From positions 1,693-65,692 of the forward strand of contig JAKQNO010000032.1 of the NCBI GenBank assembly GCA_029565735.1: a stretch of 64,000 nt of DNA, in the 5' to 3' direction. This document shows positions 21,375 through 31,733 of this stretch, one piece after another. The stretch's first letter is position 1, and each line of letters opens with the position of its first letter. The translations under genes were made by a program, and so were the position numbers. This stretch comes from a bacterium (lineage in GTDB: Bacteria > Oederibacteriota > PGYV01). The notes beneath the pieces are model-generated. The model had not been told where the DNA came from and did no database searches. It worked only from the letters and a program-made list of their open reading frames with translations.

Positions 21375-21707
21375 ATGCCAAAAAGGGACAATGATTACAG
21401 GAAAGAATTCAGTGAGAAAATTGACGGGGAGATAGACAAAAAAGAGCAGGCCCAAAAAGCCGGCCGTGAAACAATCTATTGGATAGGCGTTATGGGTATA
21501 GTGGGATGGTCGGTTACGCTGCCTTTGCTGGGCGGGATTTTTCTGGGAAAGTGGATTGATGAAAATTTTCCCGGCAGGTATTCGTTTACATTAATGCTGA
21601 TGTTTTCAGGGCTGGTTCTTGGGTGCTGGAACGCGTGGTACTGGGTAAAAAAGGTAAGCCGGAACAGAAAAGCAAAAGAAACAGAGGGGGAAAAAAAGAA
21701 GGGATAA
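21375..21707 (+). CDS. atpQ: AtpQ / AtpZ-like small membrane protein (ATPase_gene1 family)
   Basis: GWSVTLPLLGGIFLGKWIDENFPGRYSFTLMLMFSGLVLG matches the AtpZ/gene-1 pattern. Sits between atpC and atpR, as in N-ATPase operons. Confidence 0.6.
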   Translation: MPKRDNDYRKEFSEKIDGEIDKKEQAQKAGRETIYWIGVMGIVGWSVTLPLLGGIFLGKWIDENFPGRYSFTLMLMFSGLVLGCWNAWYWVKKVSRNRKAKETEGEKKKG

Positions 21708-21717
21708 GGAGGGTTAT

Positions 21718-22020
21718 ATGGATACAATACTTCTTTTGGCATCCGCGGCAGCGGGAATGGCAACAGCGGCTGTATACATGGCGCTGCTGAAAAAAACAGT
21801 TCGCCAGCTGACGTCAAAAACAAATCCTGCCGTGCTTGTAGCAGGGTATTTTTTAAGGCTTGCGGTCTGCGTTGCCTGCTTTGTGGCAGTGGCGTGGGGA
21901 AATCATATTGACCGCATTGCTGCCTGCCTGGCGGGATTTACTTTAATTCAGGTGATTTCAATTATTAAAGCCGGAAAGCAGCCCGGCTTTATAAAAGGCG
22001 GCAGCACACATGGAAATTAA
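21718..22020 (+). CDS. atpR: AtpR-like small membrane protein with two intramembrane Arg residues
   Basis: 100 aa with two transmembrane helices. Arg in VRQL and in FLRLAV. Position is between atpQ and atpB. Confidence 0.6.
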   Translation: MDTILLLASAAAGMATAAVYMALLKKTVRQLTSKTNPAVLVAGYFLRLAVCVACFVAVAWGNHIDRIAACLAGFTLIQVISIIKAGKQPGFIKGGSTHGN

Positions 22021-22681
22021 CCCTGATAATATGGAACTGTTTGCCATAGGGGCGCTGAAAATAAACGCGACAATATTCTATACGTGGATTGTAATGGCCG
22101 TGCTTGTGTCAGCATCCGCGGTTATCACATCAAAACTGTCAACCGGCAAGAAAGTGCCGCGCTGGCAGAGCGTGCTTGAAACGTTTGTGACTTTTATTAG
22201 CGGGCAGACAAAAGAAGTGACAGGAAGAAACCCGTGGGATTTTGTCCCTTTTCTGGGGACGCTGGCGCTCTTTATCCTTGCCTGCAACGTTATGGAAGTT
22301 GTGCCGCTTTATCATCCGCCGACATCTTCGTTTTCCACAACCGCGGCGCTTGCGGTTGCCGTTTTTTTTGCCGTGCCGTTTTTTGGAATCACGCAGAAAG
22401 GGCTGTGGAACCATTTAAAGTCTTATTTTCAGCCTTCGCCAATAATGCTGCCTTTTCACGTAATAAGCGAACTATCAAGGACAGTTTCGCTTGCAGTAAG
22501 GCTTTTTGGAAACATGATGAGCGAAAGCCTTATGATTGCCGTGTTTCTTTCTGTTGTGCCTTTATTTATTCCGCTGGTAATGCAGGGCTTTGGGCTGATA
22601 ATCGGAATTGTTCAGGCGTATATTTTCTTTACGCTTGCTTCGGTTTATATAGGTTCATCCGTGTCTGTACACGGGGAATAA
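22010..22681 (+). CDS. atpB: ATP synthase a subunit
   Basis: Conserved stator Arg in LAVRLFGNM. About five transmembrane helices. Confidence 0.85.
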   Translation: MEINPDNMELFAIGALKINATIFYTWIVMAVLVSASAVITSKLSTGKKVPRWQSVLETFVTFISGQTKEVTGRNPWDFVPFLGTLALFILACNVMEVVPLYHPPTSSFSTTAALAVAVFFAVPFFGITQKGLWNHLKSYFQPSPIMLPFHVISELSRTVSLAVRLFGNMMSESLMIAVFLSVVPLFIPLVMQGFGLIIGIVQAYIFFTLASVYIGSSVSVHGE

Positions 22682-22701
22682 AAAAGAAAGGAGGGGAACA
22701 A

Positions 22702-22980
22702 ATGGATAATGTGACGATAGTGGCCGTGGTTTCAATAATTACTTCAGGCGCGGTAATTACACTGGGTACAATGCTGCCCGCGTTTGGCGAGATGAAGGCG
22801 CTTATTAAGGCGCTTGAATCAATTACGCAGCAGCCTGACGCTTCAAATGTGTTAAGCAGAAACCTTTTTGTGGGCCTTGCCATGATTGAATCTCTGGCAA
22901 TATACTGCCTGGTAATTTCAATAATACTTATTCTGACAAACCCGTTCTGGAATTTTGTGACAAAAGCCGGAGGCGGATAA
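22702..22980 (+). CDS. atpE: ATP synthase c subunit, Na+-binding type
   Basis: 92-aa hairpin. Helix 2 carries IESLAIY (Glu, Ser and, five residues further on, Tyr). Helix 1 has a Glu in FGEMKA at the position of the Na+-coordinating Gln/Glu. RBS aaaggagggg. The longer ORF-track entry 22234-22980 is a frame artefact that overlaps atpB. Confidence 0.8.
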   Translation: MDNVTIVAVVSIITSGAVITLGTMLPAFGEMKALIKALESITQQPDASNVLSRNLFVGLAMIESLAIYCLVISIILILTNPFWNFVTKAGGG

Positions 22981-22983
22981 AAA

Positions 22984-23766
22984 ATGGAATTTGACCTGTT
23001 TACGTTCATAGCGCAGCTTATAAATTTTGCCATACTTGTCTTTCTGCTGAATAAGTTTTTATTCGGCAGGGTAAAAGCAGCCATGGATGAACGTGAAAAA
23101 AAGATTGCCGCCGGCATTGAAGCGGCCCAAAAGGCCGGCGCGGAAGCTGAAGAATCCGCGCGGCGCGCCGCTGAAGAACTGGCAAATCTTGAAAGCCGCA
23201 GGCAGGAAATGCTTGACGCTGCAAAAAAAGAGGCGCGGGATGAAGCTTTGCGGATTAAAGAGGCGTCGCGGAAAGAGGATGAGGAACAGAAAAAGAAATG
23301 GCATCTTGCGTTTGCCGCCGAACAGGACGATTACTTCAGAAAGCTTAAAGTGCATTCGGGAAGGTTTGCATGGATGGTTTCGGAAAAAATGCTGCGCGAG
23401 CTTTCCGGCGCGCAGATAGGCGAAAAAGCCGCGGAAATATTCGCGCGAAAAGTTGAAGAACTTGGCGAAAAAGAAGCATCCGGCTTCGCGGCCGCGGCAA
23501 ACAGGTCCCAAAAGCCGCTTGTAATTTTAAGTTCTTTTCCCGTTGACAGCGGGCAAAAAAACAGAATTGCGCTGCTTATGAAAGAAAAAGTGGGGTGCAA
23601 AAACGGGGTTGAATTCAGGCAGGACGCGGATATGGAATTCGGAATAGAGGCATCGGCCGAAGGTTACAGGATATCGTGGGGAGGAAAGGATTATACCGAA
23701 GCGATGCAGGACGAAGTGCTTGGTGTTTTTAAAAATGACAAAGGACAGGGCGGTTATGACGAATGA
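22984..23766 (+). CDS. atpF: ATP synthase b subunit with an extended C-terminal region (possible b-delta fusion)
   Basis: N-terminal transmembrane helix and a long charged coiled coil. The C-terminal ~90 aa ([28 protein letters not shown]...) resemble the C-terminus of a delta subunit (OSCP). No separate delta gene is present in the operon. Confidence 0.7.
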   Translation: MEFDLFTFIAQLINFAILVFLLNKFLFGRVKAAMDEREKKIAAGIEAAQKAGAEAEESARRAAEELANLESRRQEMLDAAKKEARDEALRIKEASRKEDEEQKKKWHLAFAAEQDDYFRKLKVHSGRFAWMVSEKMLRELSGAQIGEKAAEIFARKVEELGEKEASGFAAAANRSQKPLVILSSFPVDSGQKNRIALLMKEKVGCKNGVEFRQDADMEFGIEASAEGYRISWGGKDYTEAMQDEVLGVFKNDKGQGGYDE

Positions 23767-25315
23767 GAGCGGCGATATAAAAAGAAAGCTGGATAATATG
23801 CTTGATTCGGCTTTTACAGAGGCGGAAAAAAAGGCGCAGGGCATTAACGCGTCACTTGCTGCCGGTGAAACAGGCACGGTTATTGCCGTGGGAAGGGGCA
23901 TTTCTTCCGTTAAAGGGCTCTTTGGCGTTAAGTCCGATGAACTGATAAGTTTTCCCGGCGGAATATACGGCATAGCTTTTAATCTGGAGCCGGATTATGT
24001 ATCTGTGGTTATGCTTTCAAAAAGCGAAAGCGTATCCGCGGGAATGGAAGTAAAAAGGACGGGAAAAACCGTAAGCGTGCCGGCAGGCAATTCGCTGATA
24101 GGAAGGATAATTGACCCGCTTGGAAAACCGCTTGATGACGGGCCGGATATAAGCGCGGAAAAATGGTATCCCATAGAGCGGCCATCGCCTGTAATTATGG
24201 ACCGCGCGCCCGTGTCTGTGCCTTTGCAGACAGGGATACTTGCCATTGACGCGTTAATACCCATTGGCAGGGGGCAAAGGGAGCTGATTCTGGGCGACAG
24301 GCAGACAGGCAAGACCGCGGTCGCGGTTGACACGATAATAAATCAGCGCGGTAAAAATGTGATATGCGTTTACTGTTCCATAGGGCAGCAGAATTCCGCG
24401 GCCGCCAAAGTGATAGCCGCGCTTAAGGAATACGGCGCGATGGACTATACTTTTGTGGTGGCAGCCGGAGGGGACGACAGCCCGGGAATGAATTTTATAG
24501 CGCCTTATGCCGCCACTTCAATGGCGGAATTTTTTACGGAGCAGGGAAAAGATGTATTAATAGTTTACGACGATTTAAGCAAGCACGCCCGCTCTTACAG
24601 GGAGCTGTCGCTGCTGCAAAGAAGGCCGCCCGCAAGGGAGGCGTTTCCGGGCGATATTTTTTACATTCATTCAAGGCTGCTTGAAAGGGCCGCGCACTTA
24701 ACGGATAACAAAGGCGGCGGCTCGCTTACTGCGCTTCCTGTGGTTGAAACAGAGGCGCAGAATATAGCGGCTTATATACCCACAAACCTTGTATCCATAA
24801 CAGACGGCCAGATTTACCTTTCTCCAAAACTGTTTCAGCAGTCCGTGCTTCCGGCGGTTGATGTGGGAAAATCCGTGTCGCGCGTGGGCGGCGCGGCGCA
24901 GCTGCTGGCTTTCAGAAAAGAATCAGGGGATTTAAAACTTGCGTATTCGCAGTTTGAAGAATTGGAAATTTTTGAACGCTTTTCAACCAAGCTTGACGCT
25001 GAAACAAAAAAGACACTTGCGCGAGGCCACAGGATACGCGAAGTTTTAAAGCAGAAGCAGAGCAAACCTGTTCCGGTAACCGGGCAGATTGCGCTTTTAG
25101 CCGCGGTTAACAGCGGGCTTTTTGACGGTATTGATGAAAGCAAAGTATCGGCGGGCGCCGATGAAATAAGGTATAAAGTGGAAAATAAGCTTGGCAGCAT
25201 CGCGGAAAAAATTCAGTCAGGCGCGCAGTTTACTGATGAAGGCCGTGACGCTGTCCTTAAAGAAGCAAAAAGCCTTATAGCGGGCGCGCAGGAGGAAAAA
25301 GATGCGCCCGGCTGA
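23756..25315 (+). CDS. atpA: F-type ATPase alpha subunit
   Basis: P-loop GDRQTGKT. The start is ambiguous between the ATG at 23720 and the ATG at 23756 (ATGACGAATGA), which overlaps the atpF stop. Confidence 0.9.
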   Translation: MTNESGDIKRKLDNMLDSAFTEAEKKAQGINASLAAGETGTVIAVGRGISSVKGLFGVKSDELISFPGGIYGIAFNLEPDYVSVVMLSKSESVSAGMEVKRTGKTVSVPAGNSLIGRIIDPLGKPLDDGPDISAEKWYPIERPSPVIMDRAPVSVPLQTGILAIDALIPIGRGQRELILGDRQTGKTAVAVDTIINQRGKNVICVYCSIGQQNSAAAKVIAALKEYGAMDYTFVVAAGGDDSPGMNFIAPYAATSMAEFFTEQGKDVLIVYDDLSKHARSYRELSLLQRRPPAREAFPGDIFYIHSRLLERAAHLTDNKGGGSLTALPVVETEAQNIAAYIPTNLVSITDGQIYLSPKLFQQSVLPAVDVGKSVSRVGGAAQLLAFRKESGDLKLAYSQFEELEIFERFSTKLDAETKKTLARGHRIREVLKQKQSKPVPVTGQIALLAAVNSGLFDGIDESKVSAGADEIRYKVENKLGSIAEKIQSGAQFTDEGRDAVLKEAKSLIAGAQEEKDAPG

Positions 25316-26174
25316 AGAGATAAAAAGAAAACTTACAGGCGCTGAATCTTTGCGGTCCATAGTAAGGACCATGAAAATACTTGCCGCGGTAAACGTAAGG
25401 CAGTATGAAAAAATGGCGGCAGAGGCGGATGATTATAATCTGGCTGTGGAAATGGGATTCAGCATATTTTTAAATCAAAATCCGTCAAAAGAATACGCGC
25501 CTTTGGCGCCGTCGGGAAAAAAGGGTTATATCATTTTAGGTTCGGATATGGGAATGTGCGGAAAATTCAATGAACTTTCGGCTGATTTTGCTTTGTCTGT
25601 TATAGAGGAACCGGAAAATGCTTTGGTTATGGCTGTGGGCGATAAAGTGGCGGGCAAGCTGGAAGACGCGGGTCTGGCGCCGGCTGATGTAATAATGTAT
25701 CCGGCTGTGCTGTCGGCGGGCATCGTGCCTATGCTGTGGGAGATATTAAACAAAGTTGAAACCTGGATGGAAAAACTTAATGTGAAGTCAATTGTGATAT
25801 GCCGTAATAAGCCGGCTGAATCAATGGGGTACGCGCCTGAAGCGAGGATGATACTTCCCATGGACCCGGCATATCTTGAAAAATTAAAAAGGACAGAATG
25901 GAAATCAAGAAGCATCCCGGTATATAAAGATGACAGGGAAAAACTTTTTTCAGGGCTTGTAAAAAACTACATATACGTGGCGCTTTACAGGGCGCTTGTG
26001 GAATCGCTTGTAAGTGAAAATACGGCAAGGCTTATTTCCATGCAGTCCGCGGAAAAACATACGGCTGAACGCATAGAAGAACTGACCCTTGAATACAATA
26101 TGGAAAGGCAGGATGCCATCACATCTGAAATACTTGACATCATCGCCGGCGCCGAAGCGGTAGAAGGGAAGTAA
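25302..26174 (+). CDS. atpG: ATP synthase gamma subunit
   Basis: 290 aa. Typical N- and C-terminal helices ([24 protein letters not shown]). Last gene of the operon. Confidence 0.85.
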   Translation: MRPAEEIKRKLTGAESLRSIVRTMKILAAVNVRQYEKMAAEADDYNLAVEMGFSIFLNQNPSKEYAPLAPSGKKGYIILGSDMGMCGKFNELSADFALSVIEEPENALVMAVGDKVAGKLEDAGLAPADVIMYPAVLSAGIVPMLWEILNKVETWMEKLNVKSIVICRNKPAESMGYAPEARMILPMDPAYLEKLKRTEWKSRSIPVYKDDREKLFSGLVKNYIYVALYRALVESLVSENTARLISMQSAEKHTAERIEELTLEYNMERQDAITSEILDIIAGAEAVEGK

Positions 26175-26569
26175 AAATAAGCAGGTAAGCATTAAGCAGT
26201 TAAGCATAAGCGAAAAAAATAAGCAGATAAGCATTAGGCAGTTAAGCATAAGCGAAAGAATAAGCAGATAAGCATTAGGCAGTTAAGCATAAGCGAAAGA
26301 ATAAGCAGATAAGCATTAGGCGGTTAAGCATAAGCGGAAAAAAATAAGCAGATAAGCATTAGGCGGTTAAGCATAAGCGGAAAAAAATAAGCAGATAAGC
26401 ATTAGGCGGTTAAGCATAAGCGGAAGGAAAAAATAAGCAGATAAGCATTAGGCAGTTAAGCATAAGCGGAAGGAAATGCCGGACTGTTTTTATAATTTTT
26501 CGCTTATGCTTAATTGCTTATCAGCTTAATTGCTTATCAGTTTATTGCTTATCAGCTTATTGCTTAAAG
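26173..26569. repeat. Tandem-repeat array (7 direct units of ~41-45 bp) followed by ~3 inverted partial units, giving a long hairpin
   Basis: Units aagcagataagcattaggc(a/g)gttaagcataagcg separated by short A-rich linkers. The 3' end (ggaaggaaatgccggactgtttttataatttttcgcttatgcttaattgcttatcag...ttgcttaaag) is nearly identical to the 3' end of the array at 19262-19470. Confidence 0.8.
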
Positions 26570-26661
26570 TCTTCCGCCTTCAAACCTGTGGCATTTGCTC
26601 CGCTGTTGATGTATAATAACCCGTTTAAATAAATACATGGATTATTGCAGCGGGGTTATTC

Positions 26662-28233
26662 ATGAAAAAAACGGCAATCTTTCCGTTAATTGTAAAGAGC
26701 CTGAATGTACTACTGTATATACTGGCAATTGCCTGCTCGGGCTTTGCCGACACTGAAACCAATACACCCACTATTACTCCCACGTGTACCATTACCCCTA
26801 CATATAATATTGCGGTATCATCAGTATGGCGGGTAAATACCGGCGGCCCGGCATTTGTTGACAGCTGGGGGAATACATGGATGGCTGATACAAATTACAG
26901 CGGAGGATACGGGCACGGCGTTACGGTTACGGTTTCCAATACAAATGACAGCGCGCTTTATCAGGATGAAAGGTTCGGCAATCCTTTTACCTACACGTTC
27001 AATGTTCCTCCCGGAAATTATCAGGTTACGCTGAAATTCGCGGAATTGTACTGGGAAGAAGCCGGGGACAGGATATTTGACGTATATATAAACAGCACGC
27101 GCGTGCTTGATGATTTTGACATTTATGATGAAGCAGCCGTTTCTTTCAGGGCTGTCAGCAAAGTGTTTGATAATATTTCTGCCGCTGCAGGCCGGATATC
27201 AATAGAGTTCGGATCAGCCGTAATTGACAACGCGCAGGTATCCGCCCTGCAGATAAACCCCATGCCGACGGCAACGCCGCCGCTTTTGACTGCAACAGCG
27301 GGATGCGCGCACGGAATCACGGTTAACGGAATAATGGATGAAAGTTCATGGGCGTCCGCGCAGGAATATCAGGTTGCCGAACTGTGCCTTGGCACAAACC
27401 CGAACAATGTATCCGGCAGTTTTAAAACACTGTGGGATACGGAAAACTTTTACGTGGGCCTTGATGTAAATGATTTATACTTAAACGCCCCGCAGGAGGG
27501 CTGCGACAATTACAATGATTCGGCAATAGAAATATATTTTGATATGGGCAATCACCGCGGCAGCGAGACATATCCCAATTTTAAGGATGATTTTCATTTT
27601 ATGATAAGCTATGACTGCAAGGAGTTCTGCTTAAACGCCCAGGTTCCGCTGCTGCTGGACGGGCTTGAATATAAAAGCACTTATGATGCCAACGGCTACA
27701 TAATGGAAGTTATGATACCGTGGTCAGTTCTTGGCGTTGTGCCGCAAAACGGCAGCAACTATCAGTTTGACGTGCAGATTGATTTTAACGACGGCACCGC
27801 GCAGCGCGTGGGCCAGCTTGTATGGAACGGGGACGAGGATAACTGGGAAAGTTCCGCAAACCTGGGAGATGTGGTGCTTGGATTCTGCCCGCCCACACCC
27901 ACGCCAATTCCGCCCGCGCTTGAAGAGTCATTTCATGTTTACCCGAACCCGGTAAACCCGAAAATTGCGCCCGCGTCCATAAGCTATTACATCTCAAATG
28001 ATTCAGAAGTAACAATAAAAATATTCACCATAACAGGAAAACCGGTAAAAACCATTCTGGATAAAGCTTTAAAAATAAAAGCCGGCAACGGGCATACTGA
28101 AGATATCTGGGACGGAAAAAATGAAAAAGGGCAGGATGTCCTGTCCGGTGTGTATTTGTGCGCGCTGGAAGTTAAAGATAAATCAACAGGCAAAACAACA
28201 AAACTTGTAAAGAAACTGGCTGTGCTAAGGTAA
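26662..28233 (+). CDS. Secreted carbohydrate-binding protein: malectin-like domain + CBM9-like domain + T9SS-type C-terminal domain
   Basis: Signal peptide. Short TPT linker. Malectin pattern WRVNTGG...ALYQDERFGNPFTYTFNVPPGNYQVTLKFAELYWEEAGDRIFDVYIN. CBM9-like ITVNGIMDESSWASAQEY...LWDTENFYVGLDV. CTD YPNPVNP...IKIFTITGKPV...WDGKNEKGQDVLSGVYL. Confidence 0.7.
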   Translation: MKKTAIFPLIVKSLNVLLYILAIACSGFADTETNTPTITPTCTITPTYNIAVSSVWRVNTGGPAFVDSWGNTWMADTNYSGGYGHGVTVTVSNTNDSALYQDERFGNPFTYTFNVPPGNYQVTLKFAELYWEEAGDRIFDVYINSTRVLDDFDIYDEAAVSFRAVSKVFDNISAAAGRISIEFGSAVIDNAQVSALQINPMPTATPPLLTATAGCAHGITVNGIMDESSWASAQEYQVAELCLGTNPNNVSGSFKTLWDTENFYVGLDVNDLYLNAPQEGCDNYNDSAIEIYFDMGNHRGSETYPNFKDDFHFMISYDCKEFCLNAQVPLLLDGLEYKSTYDANGYIMEVMIPWSVLGVVPQNGSNYQFDVQIDFNDGTAQRVGQLVWNGDEDNWESSANLGDVVLGFCPPTPTPIPPALEESFHVYPNPVNPKIAPASISYYISNDSEVTIKIFTITGKPVKTILDKALKIKAGNGHTEDIWDGKNEKGQDVLSGVYLCALEVKDKSTGKTTKLVKKLAVLR

Positions 28234-28278
28234 GCCTTAGCCGGAAAAACAGCAGGCTGATTACGTGGCGAGGTTTAA

Positions 28279-29880
28279 TTGACAAATACTGCGGTTTTGA
28301 CAGAAAGCAGGCCTGATATAAATTTCGCGGCATGCATAAAAAAAATAATTATCATGATACTTTTTACTGTTATTTTTATGCCTGCTTATCCTGCGTTTGC
28401 CGCGCCGGGCGATTACGGCACTGAAAGCGTTTTTACGGCAGGCGCGGGTTCCAGGGCGGATGGAATGGCAGGGGCTTTTACCGCAGTGGCGGATGACCTG
28501 TCCGCCATACACTATAATCCCGCCGGCCTTGTTAACATAAAAAAACAGGAAGTGTCGCTTCTTTATTACCCGCTGTATGAAGCCGCGTCCTTTGGTTCGG
28601 TTTCTTACGGGCAGACGCTGCTTGATTTTGGCACCATAGGAGCGGGATTTTTTATTTTTTCCGTGGGCGGCATGGAAGGATATGACGCTGACGACAATCC
28701 AACATCTTCTTTTTCAAGCGGACAGTACAGGGCTGTGGTCTCATACGCAAGGATGCTGACTGAAGGGTTATCTGCCGGCGCCAATGCCAATATATACTAT
28801 TCCAATATGTCCAGATTTAACTACGCCGGCTTCGGGCTTGACGCCGGAATTCTTTACCAGCCATTTTCATTTCTGCGCGCGGGTTTCACGGCAAAAAATA
28901 TAATCCCGCCCTCTTTTTCAATGCAGTCAGTCACGGAAACGCTTGGCCGCACTTACACGCTGGGGATTTTAGGCAAATATAAAACCGGTGATTTTGAATT
29001 CAGCGGTGCTTATGACATAATGGCAGGCGAAAAGGAAGGTTTTAAGGACAGGGCAGGCATAGAAATAAAATGGGCGGGCGCGGCCGGCGTAAGGGCGGGT
29101 TACAGCGACGGGGAACTGACATTTGGCGCCGGGCTTTACCTGTATGATTTTAAATTTGATTACGCTTTTGTATCCAACGGATATTTTGGAAGGATGGACA
29201 GGTACACGCTTTCATACGCTTTTGGAATGACCCTGGAAGAACAAAAGGCGCAGAGGCGGAGGAATATTTATAATGAAGTGCGCAGGATAGTGGAAGCCAG
29301 ACTGAGGATAAAAACAAAAGAAGAGGCGGAGACGTATTACCGCAGGGCTTACGCGTATTATCAGAAACAGGAATTTGAAGACGCGCTGACCCAGGCGGAA
29401 AAGTCGCTTGAATGGAAGAAAGATTACGAGCCCTCGCTGAAAATGAAAAAAATACTTGAAGACAAGCTTAAGGAAAAGATAAAAAGCGGCGAAAGCGCGG
29501 CTTTAAGCGGGGACAATGACAGGTATATTTCCGCGGGCATTGAATTGTACGAAAAAAAACAGTATGATGAAGCCATTAAACAGTGGGAGCTTGCGCTGAA
29601 AAGCAGGCCCGGCAACAAAGCGCTTGCCTCGCTTATAGCAAAAGCAAAAAAGGACAGGGATTCGGGCGGCGGGACGGTAAGGCTGACGCGCGAACAAAAG
29701 GAAACCGCGGACAAAATGTATTATGCGGCTGTGAATAAATACACAGAGGGCGATTTAAAAGGCGCGGTTGAGATATGGAAAAAAGTGCTGGCAATAAACC
29801 CGGATGACGTGAAATCAATAAGGGATTTAAGAAAAACACAGGCGGAACTTGAAGAACTTAAAAGGCGCGGTATAGAATGA
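28279..29880 (+). CDS. Outer-membrane beta-barrel protein (PorP/SprF- or FadL-like N-terminus) fused to C-terminal TPR repeats
   Basis: N-terminal motif GSRADGMAGAFTAVADDLSAIHYNPAGL. Gly/aromatic-rich barrel of ~300 aa. The C-terminal ~230 aa are helical TPR-like (YYRRAYAYYQKQEFEDALTQAEKSL...). The real start may be the internal Met of the MILFTVIFMPAYPAFA signal peptide. Confidence 0.5.
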   Translation: MTNTAVLTESRPDINFAACIKKIIIMILFTVIFMPAYPAFAAPGDYGTESVFTAGAGSRADGMAGAFTAVADDLSAIHYNPAGLVNIKKQEVSLLYYPLYEAASFGSVSYGQTLLDFGTIGAGFFIFSVGGMEGYDADDNPTSSFSSGQYRAVVSYARMLTEGLSAGANANIYYSNMSRFNYAGFGLDAGILYQPFSFLRAGFTAKNIIPPSFSMQSVTETLGRTYTLGILGKYKTGDFEFSGAYDIMAGEKEGFKDRAGIEIKWAGAAGVRAGYSDGELTFGAGLYLYDFKFDYAFVSNGYFGRMDRYTLSYAFGMTLEEQKAQRRRNIYNEVRRIVEARLRIKTKEEAETYYRRAYAYYQKQEFEDALTQAEKSLEWKKDYEPSLKMKKILEDKLKEKIKSGESAALSGDNDRYISAGIELYEKKQYDEAIKQWELALKSRPGNKALASLIAKAKKDRDSGGGTVRLTREQKETADKMYYAAVNKYTEGDLKGAVEIWKKVLAINPDDVKSIRDLRKTQAELEELKRRGIE

Positions 29881-31367
29881 ATAAAAAATTTAAAAGCATG
29901 AAATGGGAAGTGATGGGCGTTGTGCTGTCCCTTACGCTTATCATAACGGGAATAATGAGTTTTATGCTTTTAAGCATCCATAAAAAAAGCCTTATAAACG
30001 AAGTTGAATTAAGGGGCATAAGCATTGCCCGCAACATTGCCAATAATATAGCGGATTACATAATGATGAAGTACGAACTTGAATCCGCCAAAATATTAAA
30101 GGAAGCCATGCAGAATAAAGGCGTAATTTACGCCATGGTTGTGGGGTCAAACGGGGTGATTCTTGCGCATAACGACATGACGCGGGTGAAAAAGAAATAC
30201 AAAGCCCCCGGTAAAATTACAGGCGCCACTCCGGCAAAAAACATAATTTTTGAAACGCCGTCCGGCGAAAAATTAATAGAATTTACGGCGCAGGCGGTTG
30301 CCAAACATAAGGCAAAAACAGGGACCGTGCGCGTTGCCGTATCGTATGACCTTATAAGCCGCGCGCTTAAGCTCACATACATTAATATTGCCCTGGTGAC
30401 TGTAATTGCGGTTATTTTAAGCGTCATAGGAGCCTTCTTGTTAAGTACCGCAATTACAAAGCCCATCAATATACTTGCTGAAGGCGTAAAAATTGCGGGA
30501 AGCGGAGATTTAAATCACAAGATTGTGATTAAAAGCAAAAATGAACTTGGGCTGCTGGCGGGCGCTTTCAATGAAATGACGGATGACCTTAAACGCGCGC
30601 AGAAAACAGCGCTTGAAAAAAAGGCGATGGAAAAGGAACTTGAAATCGCAAGCAGGCTTCAGGATTCGCTTCTGCCCAAAAAATTTCCGGACATGGGAAA
30701 ATATGAAGCGTCCGCGTTTTATAAACCCGCCAAAGAGATAGGCGGGGATTATTATGACGTAATTCCGCTTATGGCCGGAAAATTCGGCATTGTAATGGCT
30801 GATGTATCGGGCAAAGGCGTGCCTGCCGCGCTTATCATGACAATGTTAAGGGGCGTGTTAAATACAGAGGCAAGGCTGAATGCTGACCCTGTGAGGGTTC
30901 TTATTAACCTGAACAACGGATTGCTTGGCAGGGTGGAAGGGAATATTTTTGCGACTATTTTTTACGCCGTGCTTGATACGGCAAAAGGCGCAATTGAAAT
31001 GGCTTCGGCGGGCCACCACGAAATACTGGTTTATAAAAGCGGCGCGTCCGCGGTGGAATCTTACTGCCCCAAAGGCGCGGCAATAGGGATTTTAAAAGGC
31101 AATGATTTTGAATCGCGCCTTGAAAAAATAACAATTAATGTGGGACCAAAAGACAAACTGCTTTTATTCACGGACGGGATAAGCGAAGCAAGGGCGGCAT
31201 CCGGCGCAAGGTTTGGAATGAACAGGGTGGCGGAATCGCTGCAAAAAAACGGCGGCAAAACATGCGCTGAAATACAGCAGGGGCTGCTGCGCGACATTGA
31301 AATTTTTACGGGCGGAGAAGAACAAAGCGACGATATCGCGGTCCTGACAGTGGGCAGGACAGCATAA
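29877..31367 (+). CDS. Membrane-bound PP2C-type serine phosphatase (HAMP + SpoIIE/RsbU domain)
   Basis: Two transmembrane segments, a HAMP-like linker, and the motifs GGDYYDV and ADVSGKGVPAAL. Confidence 0.8.
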   Translation: MNKKFKSMKWEVMGVVLSLTLIITGIMSFMLLSIHKKSLINEVELRGISIARNIANNIADYIMMKYELESAKILKEAMQNKGVIYAMVVGSNGVILAHNDMTRVKKKYKAPGKITGATPAKNIIFETPSGEKLIEFTAQAVAKHKAKTGTVRVAVSYDLISRALKLTYINIALVTVIAVILSVIGAFLLSTAITKPINILAEGVKIAGSGDLNHKIVIKSKNELGLLAGAFNEMTDDLKRAQKTALEKKAMEKELEIASRLQDSLLPKKFPDMGKYEASAFYKPAKEIGGDYYDVIPLMAGKFGIVMADVSGKGVPAALIMTMLRGVLNTEARLNADPVRVLINLNNGLLGRVEGNIFATIFYAVLDTAKGAIEMASAGHHEILVYKSGASAVESYCPKGAAIGILKGNDFESRLEKITINVGPKDKLLLFTDGISEARAASGARFGMNRVAESLQKNGGKTCAEIQQGLLRDIEIFTGGEEQSDDIAVLTVGRTA

Positions 31368-31379
31368 AGGAGGAATACT

Positions 31380-31733
31380 ATGGCATTTGAAATTAAAGAA
31401 AGCACGGATAAGGGTATTGTTATCGCGGAGCTGCGCGGAGAGCTTGATTCTTCATCAGTGGCTGCTTTCACGCTGGGCTTTAAGGAAATTTCCGATAAAC
31501 ACGGAAAGGCAAAATACATTCTGGACTTGAAGGCGCTTGATTTTATCAGCTCCGCCGGCTGGACTGCATTTTTAAATGAATTCAGAAGGCTGGGCGCTTT
31601 AGGCGCTGAAATTAAACTTGCTTCCATGCAGCCGGACGCCAAAAGGGTATATTCACTTGTCGGAATAGACGGGGTAATTAAAAGTTATGAAACAGTTAAG
31701 GAAGCGGCTGACAGCTATGGAAAAAATGGCTGA
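31380..31733 (+). CDS. STAS-domain anti-sigma-factor antagonist (SpoIIAA/RsbV-like)
   Basis: 117 aa. Phosphorylatable Ser in the DFISSAGW motif. Confidence 0.8.
   Translation: MAFEIKESTDKGIVIAELRGELDSSSVAAFTLGFKEISDKHGKAKYILDLKALDFISSAGWTAFLNEFRRLGALGAEIKLASMQPDAKRVYSLVGIDGVIKSYETVKEAADSYGKNG

Noticed and set aside
22234-22980. 248-aa ORF overlapping atpB
   Set aside because: Only its last 92 codons (from the ATG at 22702, which has a strong RBS) encode the c subunit. The upstream part lies in a different frame over atpB and has no support.
23059-23511. Several 68-160-aa ORFs on both strands inside atpF, atpA and atpD (e.g. 23059-23511 minus strand, 20229-20480 minus strand, 19946-20350 minus strand)
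   Set aside because: They lie entirely within well-supported ATPase genes and are Arg/Pro/Cys-rich translations of GC-richer coding sequence. They are not credible genes.
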